Shown here one piece after another: positions 10,238-18,462 of a stretch of DNA of 56,343 bases. Location of the stretch: NCBI GenBank assembly GCA_018060885.1, contig JAGOVF010000002.1:1-56343 (forward strand). The letters are read 5' to 3'. Numbering within the stretch: the first letter of the stretch is position 1; every line of letters starts with the position of its first letter. This DNA is from Oligoflexales bacterium (GTDB lineage Bacteria > Bdellovibrionota_B > Oligoflexia > Oligoflexales > JAGOVF01). Position numbers and translations under genes: made by a program. The notes beneath the pieces are model-generated. The model saw only the letters and a program-made list of their open reading frames with translations, was not told where the DNA came from and did not search any database.

Positions 10238-10268
10238 CCAGTATGTTGAATACTTATCAACATACTGG
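10238..10268. promoter_or_regulatory. Perfect 12-bp inverted repeat (operator / 5'-UTR hairpin candidate) in front of abiEi
   Basis: CCAGTATGTTGA-ATACTTA-TCAACATACTGG lies 9-39 nt upstream of the ATG at 10229. Confidence 0.5.
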
Positions 10269-10440
10269 CATAACTTATAAGATAATTCAAGACCTGCAAA
10301 TTGACTAGAAATAGGGTCTCAAAAATATAAAGCCTTTCATGATTGGTATGGGCACTTTGCTTGAAAGTTTGCAGTGCGCATCTGCTTTAAGTAAAATAGA
10401 AGCTAAATCAGTTTCACAAAAATATTTTGGAGTTCAAAAA

Positions 10441-11244
10441 ATGGATTTTTCTGTGCGCTATTTTTTATTCACTATTTTACTAAGTACCTGCCTATTTACG
10501 AAGCACTTAAATGCAGAAGAATCTGATCAAGCGGCTCCGGCTGAGCAAAGTGATCAAGCTCTGTCCACAGATCAAACAGATGAGAGAGAACGAGTCCAGC
10601 AAGTAGAACAGACAATTAATTCTGACTCGAGTAGTACAAGCGCACGTTTAAATAAGAAAGCATCTGTGGAGGGGCGATTGGGGTTTATTGTAGCTCCCAT
10701 TTCAGGCACTGGAGTTGGGGCATTTTTTCATGTGAATCAAAATTTACATGTTGGAATAAGTCATGTCTCAGGAACCTATGATTTTTCAGATGATGTTGAT
10801 GCGCCCGAAGATACGACTTCTACTATGGAACAAGCCGATTTAAAAGCATCGCTAACTCAAGTTTTCGCTCGATATTTTGTCGGCAATTCTTTTTATCTAT
10901 CTGGTGGCTTAGGGCAAAGGAAAGTTCAAGCAGACCTTGATGTACGCTCGACAGTATTTGACCATAGAATTAATGGTTCAATCAAAGCAGATTCAACAGT
11001 TTTAAATGTTAGCATCGGAAATGCATGGAGTTGGGATAACGGATTTTTTATTGGATGTGAGTGGGTTGGTTTGACTGTTCCTCTCTCTAATTCAAACTCT
11101 GGAGAGCTCACTCTAAGTGGAACTGGAGTAGAAGAAGACGCAGAGTTTAAGAAACTTAAAAATGATACTGAAGACGTAGCAGAACTTTTCGGAGAATCGA
11201 CTATGGCCTCTTTATTAATCCTGCATTTAGGCTGGGCTTTTTAA
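10441..11244 (+). CDS. Secreted beta-barrel-like outer-membrane protein, paralog 1
   Basis: GGAG lies 8 nt before the ATG at 10441, and a signal peptide follows (MDFSVRYFLFTILLSTCLFTKHLNA). The C-terminus is LGWAF with a terminal aromatic typical of OMPs. It aligns along its length with the next gene. Confidence 0.55.
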   Translation: MDFSVRYFLFTILLSTCLFTKHLNAEESDQAAPAEQSDQALSTDQTDERERVQQVEQTINSDSSSTSARLNKKASVEGRLGFIVAPISGTGVGAFFHVNQNLHVGISHVSGTYDFSDDVDAPEDTTSTMEQADLKASLTQVFARYFVGNSFYLSGGLGQRKVQADLDVRSTVFDHRINGSIKADSTVLNVSIGNAWSWDNGFFIGCEWVGLTVPLSNSNSGELTLSGTGVEEDAEFKKLKNDTEDVAELFGESTMASLLILHLGWAF

Positions 11245-11245
11245 C

Positions 11246-11929
11246 ATGATTAAGAATCTTTTATTCTCTATATTTTTTCTATTTGGCTGCATAAATACAG
11301 GTGCTTTGCTAGCTGACTCAACTAGTGCGAGTGTGCGCCAGAACAAAAACCTTTCAATCGAAGGCCGCCTTGGATTCATCGTTGGTGCTATCCCCGGAAC
11401 TGGAGCCGCAGTTACGTATCACATGTTTAAAGACTTTCATATTGGAGCGAGTCATGTTGTTGGAGCTATAGATTTAGTGAATGAAATCGAAGAACCGTCT
11501 GGTATCGAAACAGATACAGCCAAATTGTCTACATCAGTGTCGCAAATCTATGCCCGCTACTTCTTAGGTAATTCTTTTTATTTGTCGGGTGGATTCGGGC
11601 AAAGAACGGTCGAAGCGAACGTAGATGTGCGTTCAACTGTATTTGATACTGGAATTGAAGGTTCCATCGAAGCAAGCTCTTCGATTTTTAATGCAAGCTT
11701 AGGTAATGTTTGGAGTTGGGACAGTGGATTTTTCTTTGGCTGTGAGTGGGTAGGAGTGATGGCACCCTTCGCCAATTCAAATTCCGGAGAGCTTACCCTT
11801 AGTGGAACAGCTCTTGAAGAAGATGAAGAATTCAAAGAACTTAAAAAGGACACAGAAGATCTCGCACAGTTTTTCGGAGAGTCGACGACAGCGTCCTTAT
11901 TTGTAGTGCAATTAGGCTGGGCTTTTTAA
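11246..11929 (+). CDS. Secreted beta-barrel-like outer-membrane protein, paralog 2
   Basis: It starts 2 nt after the paralog 1 stop. Shared blocks include RLGFIV, ARYF.GNSFYLSGG.GQR, VRSTVFD, WSWD.GFF.GCEWVG, NSNSGELTLSGT and a C-terminal LGWAF. Confidence 0.55.
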   Translation: MIKNLLFSIFFLFGCINTGALLADSTSASVRQNKNLSIEGRLGFIVGAIPGTGAAVTYHMFKDFHIGASHVVGAIDLVNEIEEPSGIETDTAKLSTSVSQIYARYFLGNSFYLSGGFGQRTVEANVDVRSTVFDTGIEGSIEASSSIFNASLGNVWSWDSGFFFGCEWVGVMAPFANSNSGELTLSGTALEEDEEFKELKKDTEDLAQFFGESTTASLFVVQLGWAF

Positions 11930-11941
11930 TCGAAATTTCGT

Positions 11942-13987
11942 TTATTTAACCAATGTGACATTAAAATCTAATAGCGAATTGAATTTACAGTTTGTTTCGA
12001 ATCCCCTGCCAGTAGGAACATTGTCGACAAATTGATTCAAATCTAGCGATTTAGTGCCGCTCTTAGGAATAAAACCGACTGATTTTAGCCCCTGCTCAGA
12101 TTTATGGAGAAAACGGTAGCGATAGACCCGGCCTATTTTTTCTGGATTAAACTGCTGTCCATCGACTGTTATTGTTTTTAAATTGCTGTCGCACTCAATC
12201 TGCCAAGTAAAAATATCACTACCGGAATTATTCTGAATATTGATAGATTTCGAATCGAGAAGCGATTTGGTATCAATAACAACTGGACTCGAATCTTCGG
12301 AATATTCAGTTAGTGGAAAAATATTGATTAAATGGCTCTGTCCCGCTTCAATTATTTCTAGAAAGTGTAAATTATAAGTATCATTCTTATGAATTGTCGC
12401 TGAAAAACTCTTTTCGCTGTCACATTTAAATTGTATTTGACCGAGATTTAAGTGACTTTTCTCAAACATTTCGCCTTCTAAAAACGCCATGAAAGTGCCG
12501 AGACTAGTTTCGTTTTTTTTATCATAGACAGATAGGAAATGCCGTCCATCATAATTATTAAGTATAATTTGATAATTATCATTGTGACAGTACATGCTGA
12601 CATTCGTTCTAGGTATAAAATCATTGGATGAAAAACGACGCTGACCATCACGGACAGTAAATTGCAATGTGGAGTCCAGAAGATTGACATAGCTGTTTAT
12701 TCTGATTGGATTTTGATTGTAGTTAAAACTATAGTTACAGGCCTCTTGATGAGGCGGTGCTTGAATCGTAGAAGTCCAAGAAGTTTGGAACATCGGGTTT
12801 GGATCTAGATCAAAGTCCGTCGACCATCGCAAAAAATCGTCGCTTACATTTTCGTCCGCATTTGATCCTCGATATCGACAGTCATTAAAAAGTTTTTTAA
12901 AATCGGCTTTCGTAAAACTAGACGGTCTTTTCTTCTGAGTCCAATGATCTATTTCCTGGCTGATCCAAGCCTGGTAATTCGATACGCGGCTATAAACTCC
13001 GGGTTTGCCTGCCAAAGCGCAACCATCGCCAAAGCTTACGATGCCGACAAGACGAGGGTGTCCATTAATATTTGCAACGGCAGGTCCGCCCGAATCACCT
13101 TGGCAGCTATCGATGCCACCCGCTTCTAAATCTCCCGCACAAAACATACTATCGCGGAAAAAAGAGTTTGGCGCTATCTCAGCTGAAGGCTCTGATTCAT
13201 CAGTTCCGCCTTCAGTTTCGGGAGAACGGATATTATTCATCGTACTATCGCAGACAGCGTCCTTTAAAACGCCGATATCAGCAGTTTGTAAACTATCAGC
13301 TATAACAAGTCCTAAGGAAGTCATATTGCCGTAGCCTTTGACGCTAATTTTATTAGGCACACTGCCATCCTCTTTGCGATGGAAGGGAAGCGGCTTGACT
13401 TCGCGATTAACGTGCTTGTCTTCGCCGTATTCTTCGAGAAAAAGTAAAGCTATGTCATGCCGCATATCCGAAATCCGCTTGTACTCGGGGTGGATTTTAA
13501 TCTCTTGAACTTTTATCGCGTCTTCTCGCAATAGAGCAGGTGTGACTGGATTAAGCACCACAAACAGCTGATTTTCTCGAAACCCATAGTTTGCGACACA
13601 ATGCGCTGCAGTTAGAACGATTCTTCGTTCTATCAGCGTGCCCCCACAAAAGGGTTCTCTAAGACTATCATCAAAGCTTTTTGGGAGTTTTCGAAGACGT
13701 TGGCTGATAAAAGGCAGCTTTTTAGAATCTGCTAAGAGAATTGAATCCGCGTCAGTGGGTATATTTGATACTGCATTCTCTTCTGCGGACTCGGGTTCAG
13801 AAATAGTTAAATCATAAGTAGTAAAGTCAACGAGACTAACGAAATAAGGCGTCGACCCTGCGTCCTGTCCTCCGATCACCTTAGTCTGCGATAAATCTAA
13901 GGGACGTTTCGCTAGGCAAGCCATACAAAAAACCAAAGCCATTAAATTTGTGCCAATAGCTGCTTTTGACATCTTGTTTAACTCCAA
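11942..13987 (-). CDS. Secreted trypsin-like (S1) serine protease with ~330-aa C-terminal extension
   Basis: The catalytic triad context is present: LTAAHC (His), DIALLFL (Asp), CQGDSGGP (Ser). There is a signal peptide. No motif was recognised in the C-terminal half. Confidence 0.8.
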   Translation of the reverse strand: MELNKMSKAAIGTNLMALVFCMACLAKRPLDLSQTKVIGGQDAGSTPYFVSLVDFTTYDLTISEPESAEENAVSNIPTDADSILLADSKKLPFISQRLRKLPKSFDDSLREPFCGGTLIERRIVLTAAHCVANYGFRENQLFVVLNPVTPALLREDAIKVQEIKIHPEYKRISDMRHDIALLFLEEYGEDKHVNREVKPLPFHRKEDGSVPNKISVKGYGNMTSLGLVIADSLQTADIGVLKDAVCDSTMNNIRSPETEGGTDESEPSAEIAPNSFFRDSMFCAGDLEAGGIDSCQGDSGGPAVANINGHPRLVGIVSFGDGCALAGKPGVYSRVSNYQAWISQEIDHWTQKKRPSSFTKADFKKLFNDCRYRGSNADENVSDDFLRWSTDFDLDPNPMFQTSWTSTIQAPPHQEACNYSFNYNQNPIRINSYVNLLDSTLQFTVRDGQRRFSSNDFIPRTNVSMYCHNDNYQIILNNYDGRHFLSVYDKKNETSLGTFMAFLEGEMFEKSHLNLGQIQFKCDSEKSFSATIHKNDTYNLHFLEIIEAGQSHLINIFPLTEYSEDSSPVVIDTKSLLDSKSINIQNNSGSDIFTWQIECDSNLKTITVDGQQFNPEKIGRVYRYRFLHKSEQGLKSVGFIPKSGTKSLDLNQFVDNVPTGRGFETNCKFNSLLDFNVTLVK

Positions 13988-14178
13988 ACAGCATGCTTGT
14001 TTTCAAAGCATTGCAAGCATTTATATTTTTTACGAAGACTTTTGTATTATTGTGAATGAAACAGGGAATTCCGTCAAGAGAGGTGAAAATTGTGCTAGAC
14101 GCTTCTTCCCCCTTACTTATTTCAGCGAGAGGGATGGGATAGATTTTCTGTAGAGTATGTTGGGAAAAGCTAGGTCAA

Positions 14179-14775
14179 CTAATCCTTAATTAAAGGGCAT
14201 TTCGTTGATTCACATTCTGACGATCCAGGTGAATGTGCTTTGGCTTTTTCTGCGGAAGAAGTGAGTGCTTCAATTAGCTCTCTCAGTTTGTGGGCAGATG
14301 AAACGTATTCTTGGCGCACAAAACCGCTTCTTTCTATAAGTTCATCCATAGCTTCTTCTGGACGTGCGATTTCCGACAGATTAAAAGCCCAAAGTGCGTC
14401 TGAGAGTATCGAATCGGCTTGATTTTTTTCTTCGCCAGTAAATTCCCGTCTGCCAGGAAGAATAACTTTTCTTAATATTTCGAGATCTATAGAAAATTTT
14501 GAAATACTTTCAGCTTGGTAGAAAATCTCCTCTAAGGATTTTGTAGGGTTTCCTGCACTCGCGTCTTCAACATCAGCAAAGTAAATTCATGCATGGTGGG
14601 CAAAGTAAGTTTTATAAATGAAGAAAGCTTTTTTATTCGGCCTAGACGTGGACGTACTGCTAGTTTGATTTAGCTCAGATTGAGCATCATCAGAGCCGGG
14701 CTCATGCAATTGAGCACAAGAGGTAAGATTGAATAATGATATAGCCGATAGAAGTAATTAAAGCTTCGAAAACAT
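14179..14775 (-). pseudogene. Lipoprotein gene disrupted by two in-frame stop codons
   Basis: GGAG lies 6 nt before the ATG at 14775-14773. A single frame reads MFSKL*LLLSAISLFNLTSCAQ...AHHA*IYFADVED...CPLIKD*. TAA is at 14760-14758 inside the signal peptide, TGA at 14589-14587, and the terminal TAG at 14181-14179. I checked codon by codon and found no other stops. The lipobox is LTSC. Confidence 0.7.
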
Positions 14776-14971
14776 AAAAAAGACTCCTGTGAACAATTGT
14801 TCATCAATTATCGCGATCATTCTTGATTGTCAAGAGCTTTTTGAAAATGCTTAGATTTTTTTTGTGAGCTTATTGGTTTTCCCTTGCAATCTCCCCTCTT
14901 GCCGTGATAACCCACATCGCAATTAGAGTTCATCGCTTCTGATGTCTAAACAATTCTTCGGAGGAATTATT

Positions 14972-15424
14972 ATGAAAGTTACTTCTTTATTACTAGCGGC
15001 TATTTTTTCAGCAACTGCAATCGCATCTGTTGATCCTATAGGATCAGCTGCAACTTCTGGTGGAGTTTCTCTTACTACGCAAGCAAAAATTTATGTTTAT
15101 TCTGCCGAGTCTATGGTGGACGGTCTTTTGGCAAAATTCGAGAATGACAATGCTATTTATTATGCATGTCGTGATGTCGAAGCATTATTAGAAATAAATG
15201 CAGCATTCACCAGTGCTAATGAAGACTTAATGAAAGAAATCGTAAATATTGGTGGTCAATGGACGATGAATAATTTGGCATCAGTTAATTCCAATCTAGT
15301 TGAAATTTCAAATCTTTGTAAAGTGGGCACTAGCACCGGATTTTCTAAAGCTGAAAAGAAATCTGTTATTGAAAATGTTATTTTAATTCAGTCTGCATCG
15401 GCCTTAGAAACTCTGGGAGGCTAA
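14972..15424 (+). CDS. Small secreted hypothetical protein
   Basis: GGAGG lies 7 nt before the ATG at 14972 (MKVTSLLLAAIFSATAIASV signal peptide). The track start at 14942 is probably too far upstream. Confidence 0.55.
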   Translation: MKVTSLLLAAIFSATAIASVDPIGSAATSGGVSLTTQAKIYVYSAESMVDGLLAKFENDNAIYYACRDVEALLEINAAFTSANEDLMKEIVNIGGQWTMNNLASVNSNLVEISNLCKVGTSTGFSKAEKKSVIENVILIQSASALETLGG

Positions 15425-15474
15425 TAATAGGGAAAGTTGTTCTAACTTTGAGAAAAATAGCTTTTTTTATAAGA

Positions 15475-15498
15475 CGCGGTAATCACCGCGTTTTTTTT
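15475..15498 (+). terminator. Rho-independent terminator
   Basis: The CGCGGT-AATC-ACCGCG stem-loop is followed by T8. It lies 50 nt after the stop of the preceding gene. Confidence 0.7.
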
Positions 15499-15601
15499 GT
15501 AACTATTCAATATATTTAATGTAATTAGCGTATAGCTTTTATTTTCGCTGTGTTACACTGCCGCTCTCTCGAATTGCCAATGGAGAAAGGGTTTTGTTTG
15601 T

Positions 15602-16621
15602 ATGAACTATAGAAATGACTGGACTATTGAAGAGGTAAAAACACTTTACCATCGTCCTTTGATGGATTTAATTTTTGAAGCAGCAAAGACACATCGCATT
15701 TTTCATAGAACCAACGAAGTGCAGATTTGCTCGCTCATCTCAATAAAAACAGGTTCCTGCCAAGAAGACTGCGCTTACTGTCCGCAAGCAGCCCGTTACA
15801 ATACAGATATCGAAGCGCATCCATTGATGGATAGAGCAGAAGTGCTACAAATAGCTAGCGACGCGAAGTCGAAAGGTGCATCGAGAATTTGCATGGGTGC
15901 TGCATGGCGTAAAGTAAAAGATAACCGCGACTTCGATCGCGTTCTAGAAATTGTCAAAGACGTTAATGATCTCGGTGTGGAAGTTTGCTGTACTTTAGGC
16001 ATGTTGAGCAAAGAACAAGCTCAAAAGCTAAAACAAGCTGGTCTTTATGCTTATAATCACAATCTCGATACTTCGCGAGACTTTTATAAAAGTATTATAT
16101 CGACACGTACCTATGATGATAGATTGCAGACTTTAGAAAACGTGCAAGAAGCCGGCTTGCAAGTATGTTGTGGCGGTATTTTAGGTTTGGGCGAAGATGT
16201 ACAAGATCGCGTCGCATTCTTGCATACACTTGCAACTTTGAAACAACATCCAGAGTCCGTTCCGATTAATTCTTTAGTCCCAGTCGCGGGTACTCCGCTT
16301 GAAAAGCAAGCTCGTTTAGATCCAATGGAAATTGTGCGAGCAATTGCTTGTGCAAGGATATTAATGCCGCGGTCAATTGTGCGTTTATCGGCAGGGCGTT
16401 TGGAAATGTCAATTGCAGAACAAACCCTCTGTTTTTTAGCGGGAGCCAATTCTATCTTTTCAGGAGAAAAGCTTTTAACAACGGCTAATCCAGAATTTGA
16501 TGCGGATAAATCCATGTTTGAGCTTTTAGGTCTTGTTGCACGCGAGCCATTTGATCAAGTCGAAAATTCACAATTCAAAGATCTTCCTGCAGCAAACCAG
16601 GAAATGTTTATAAGTCATTAA
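15602..16621 (+). CDS. bioB: Biotin synthase
   Basis: Radical-SAM CxxxCxxC motif ([10 protein letters not shown]) is present. The N-terminus is BioB-like (W..EEV..LY..PL.DL) and the gene is the first in a bio cluster. Confidence 0.9.
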   Translation: MNYRNDWTIEEVKTLYHRPLMDLIFEAAKTHRIFHRTNEVQICSLISIKTGSCQEDCAYCPQAARYNTDIEAHPLMDRAEVLQIASDAKSKGASRICMGAAWRKVKDNRDFDRVLEIVKDVNDLGVEVCCTLGMLSKEQAQKLKQAGLYAYNHNLDTSRDFYKSIISTRTYDDRLQTLENVQEAGLQVCCGGILGLGEDVQDRVAFLHTLATLKQHPESVPINSLVPVAGTPLEKQARLDPMEIVRAIACARILMPRSIVRLSAGRLEMSIAEQTLCFLAGANSIFSGEKLLTTANPEFDADKSMFELLGLVAREPFDQVENSQFKDLPAANQEMFISH

Positions 16622-16625
16622 CTAG

Positions 16626-17795
16626 ATGTTTGCGGACTTAAAAAGTGAGATTGAACACCTAAGTGCCAAAGCTTTATTCAGGCAGCTTGAGGTAAAAAGT
16701 GATGGTATTGACTTTGCTTCTAATGACTATTTAGGTATAGCCCGCAACAAAGAAATCGCTGCATCTATAGCGACTTTGTGGTCGGAATTGATCAATCAAT
16801 CAAACGGCGAACAATTTATATTGGGTGCAAGTGGTTCGCGATTAGTATCAGGAGAGAGCTTTTTATATGCTCAGCTTGAGAAAAAGATTTCTGAATATCA
16901 CGATGTTGAATCAGCACTGCTTTTTAATAGTGGCTACCACTTAAATGTCGGATTATTTGCAGCCCTAGCAAAACCCGGAGATACCATAGTCTATGACGAA
17001 CAATGTCACGCTTCATTAATACAAGGGATAAAGTTGTCAGGCGTGACAACACGTAGATTTCGCCATAATAATTTAAATCATTTGCGGCAAAAGCTAATAA
17101 AATCGGACGTCAATAGTCAGGCACAGATCTATGTTGTCATAGAATCAATATATTCGATGGAAGGTTCGGCCGCTCCATTAAGAGAAATATTAGAAATAGT
17201 CGAGGAGTTTGGCGCTCGGCTAATTATTGATGAAGCGCATGCACTAGGAGTTGTTGGTAGAAAAGGCGCTGGGTTGGTTAGTCATCTTGGTTTGCAAGAT
17301 AGAGTGTTTGCTCGAGTCGTAACTTATGGCAAAGCTTTTGGGCTGGCTGGTGCAGCCCTCCTGGGGCCAGAGTTGCTTAAGAAAATAATGATAAATAAGT
17401 CTAAGCCCTTTATCTATACGACAGCCCTGCCTATAGTGCAGCTAATTGGGCTGATTCAAATTTATGATTACATGCTAACAAACATAGAAGTTCTGCAAAA
17501 AAAACTAAATGAGAATATTGAATTTTTTCGCAAGCAGATGAGTACAAAATTAGCAGGTCGTCAGATAGATGAAGTTCCTGAGTTGTTGCCTAGTGAACAT
17601 CCTATCCAGGTTTTGATCTATGGCAATAGTCAAGCAGTGCTAGAGCAAAGTCAGAATCTAAAAAGCAAGGGTTTTACTGTTGCTGCAATGCGTCCGCCGA
17701 CAGTTCCGAAAGGTACGGATCGGCTCAGAATTTGTTTGCATGTACACAATACCAAGCAGCAGATTCAACAGCTAGTTGAGCATATTAAGATATAA
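16626..17795 (+). CDS. bioF: 8-amino-7-oxononanoate synthase
   Basis: It looks like a PLP-dependent alpha-oxoamine synthase (DEAHALGV, TYGKAFG with the PLP lysine) and sits between bioB and bioD. Confidence 0.85.
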   Translation: MFADLKSEIEHLSAKALFRQLEVKSDGIDFASNDYLGIARNKEIAASIATLWSELINQSNGEQFILGASGSRLVSGESFLYAQLEKKISEYHDVESALLFNSGYHLNVGLFAALAKPGDTIVYDEQCHASLIQGIKLSGVTTRRFRHNNLNHLRQKLIKSDVNSQAQIYVVIESIYSMEGSAAPLREILEIVEEFGARLIIDEAHALGVVGRKGAGLVSHLGLQDRVFARVVTYGKAFGLAGAALLGPELLKKIMINKSKPFIYTTALPIVQLIGLIQIYDYMLTNIEVLQKKLNENIEFFRKQMSTKLAGRQIDEVPELLPSEHPIQVLIYGNSQAVLEQSQNLKSKGFTVAAMRPPTVPKGTDRLRICLHVHNTKQQIQQLVEHIKI

Positions 17796-17799
17796 AAAA

Positions 17800-18462
17800 A
17801 TGTTTAAAGCTAAACACATTTTTGTCACTGCAATAGATACAGGAGTCGGAAAGACTCTCGTATCAGCAATTTTATCCAAAGCTTTTAATGCTGATTATTG
17901 GAAGCCAATTCAAGCAGGAGAGCTGGATTACAGCGACTCTCAGAGAGTTCGGCAGCTTTTGGGGACGAAGAAATCTACCAAGATTCATCCAGAGGCGTAT
18001 CGCCTGAAGCTTGCAGCCTCTCCCCATTATGCAGCTGAGCAAGAAGGTTTAGAAATCGATATATATAAAATTAAACTTCCTAAAACCGAAAATAATTTAA
18101 TTATCGAAGGTGCAGGAGGTGTGCTTTGTCCGATAAATCGGCTCTACCAAATGCGCGATTTGATTTTGTATTTGCAGAAGTCGTCGAAGTTATCTGTCGT
18201 GTTGGTTTGTAAAAACTACTTAGGAAGCATAAGCCACACCTTGCTCAGCTTAGAAGCTTTGCAGAGTCAACGTATCAACGTTGCTGGCTTAATCTTCTCC
18301 GGTGAGTCTCATGCAGCTTCGGAAGACTACATTTGCCAAGCTGCACAGGTCAAAATCATTGCAAGAATTCCGACATTGAACGAAGTGACCGCAAAAGTCA
18401 TAGGCGAATATGCAGCAAACATAAATAAGGAAAACTTTTTTGGAACTCTTGGCGCGCGATAA
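17800..18462 (+). CDS. bioD: Dethiobiotin synthetase
   Basis: P-loop-like FVTAIDTGVGKT and EGAGG motifs are present. The ATG at 17800 lies just after the bioF stop (17793-17795); the track start at 17776 overlaps bioF. Confidence 0.85.
   Translation: MFKAKHIFVTAIDTGVGKTLVSAILSKAFNADYWKPIQAGELDYSDSQRVRQLLGTKKSTKIHPEAYRLKLAASPHYAAEQEGLEIDIYKIKLPKTENNLIIEGAGGVLCPINRLYQMRDLILYLQKSSKLSVVLVCKNYLGSISHTLLSLEALQSQRINVAGLIFSGESHAASEDYICQAAQVKIIARIPTLNEVTAKVIGEYAANINKENFFGTLGAR

Noticed and set aside
14240-14422. A 60-aa plus-strand ORF from the track.
   Set aside because: It lies antisense within the much longer, RBS- and lipobox-bearing minus-strand frame (the pseudogene at 14179-14775), so it is a shadow ORF.
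15498-15557. TGTAAC ... GTTACA half-sites lie upstream of bioB, as a possible BirA operator.
   Set aside because: The half-sites are 48 nt apart, far more than the ~14-16 nt spacing of known BirA operators, and there is no closer inverted partner.
17776-17799. Upstream alternative starts were proposed by the track for bioD (17776), the gspN-like gene (52253), the OMP paralog 1 (10339), the small secreted protein (14942), CANSDH (34963) and GT-TPR (53716).
   Set aside because: In each case an internal ATG with a better-spaced SD and/or a proper signal peptide sits just after the upstream stop. The extended N-termini overlap neighbouring genes or add non-signal sequence.
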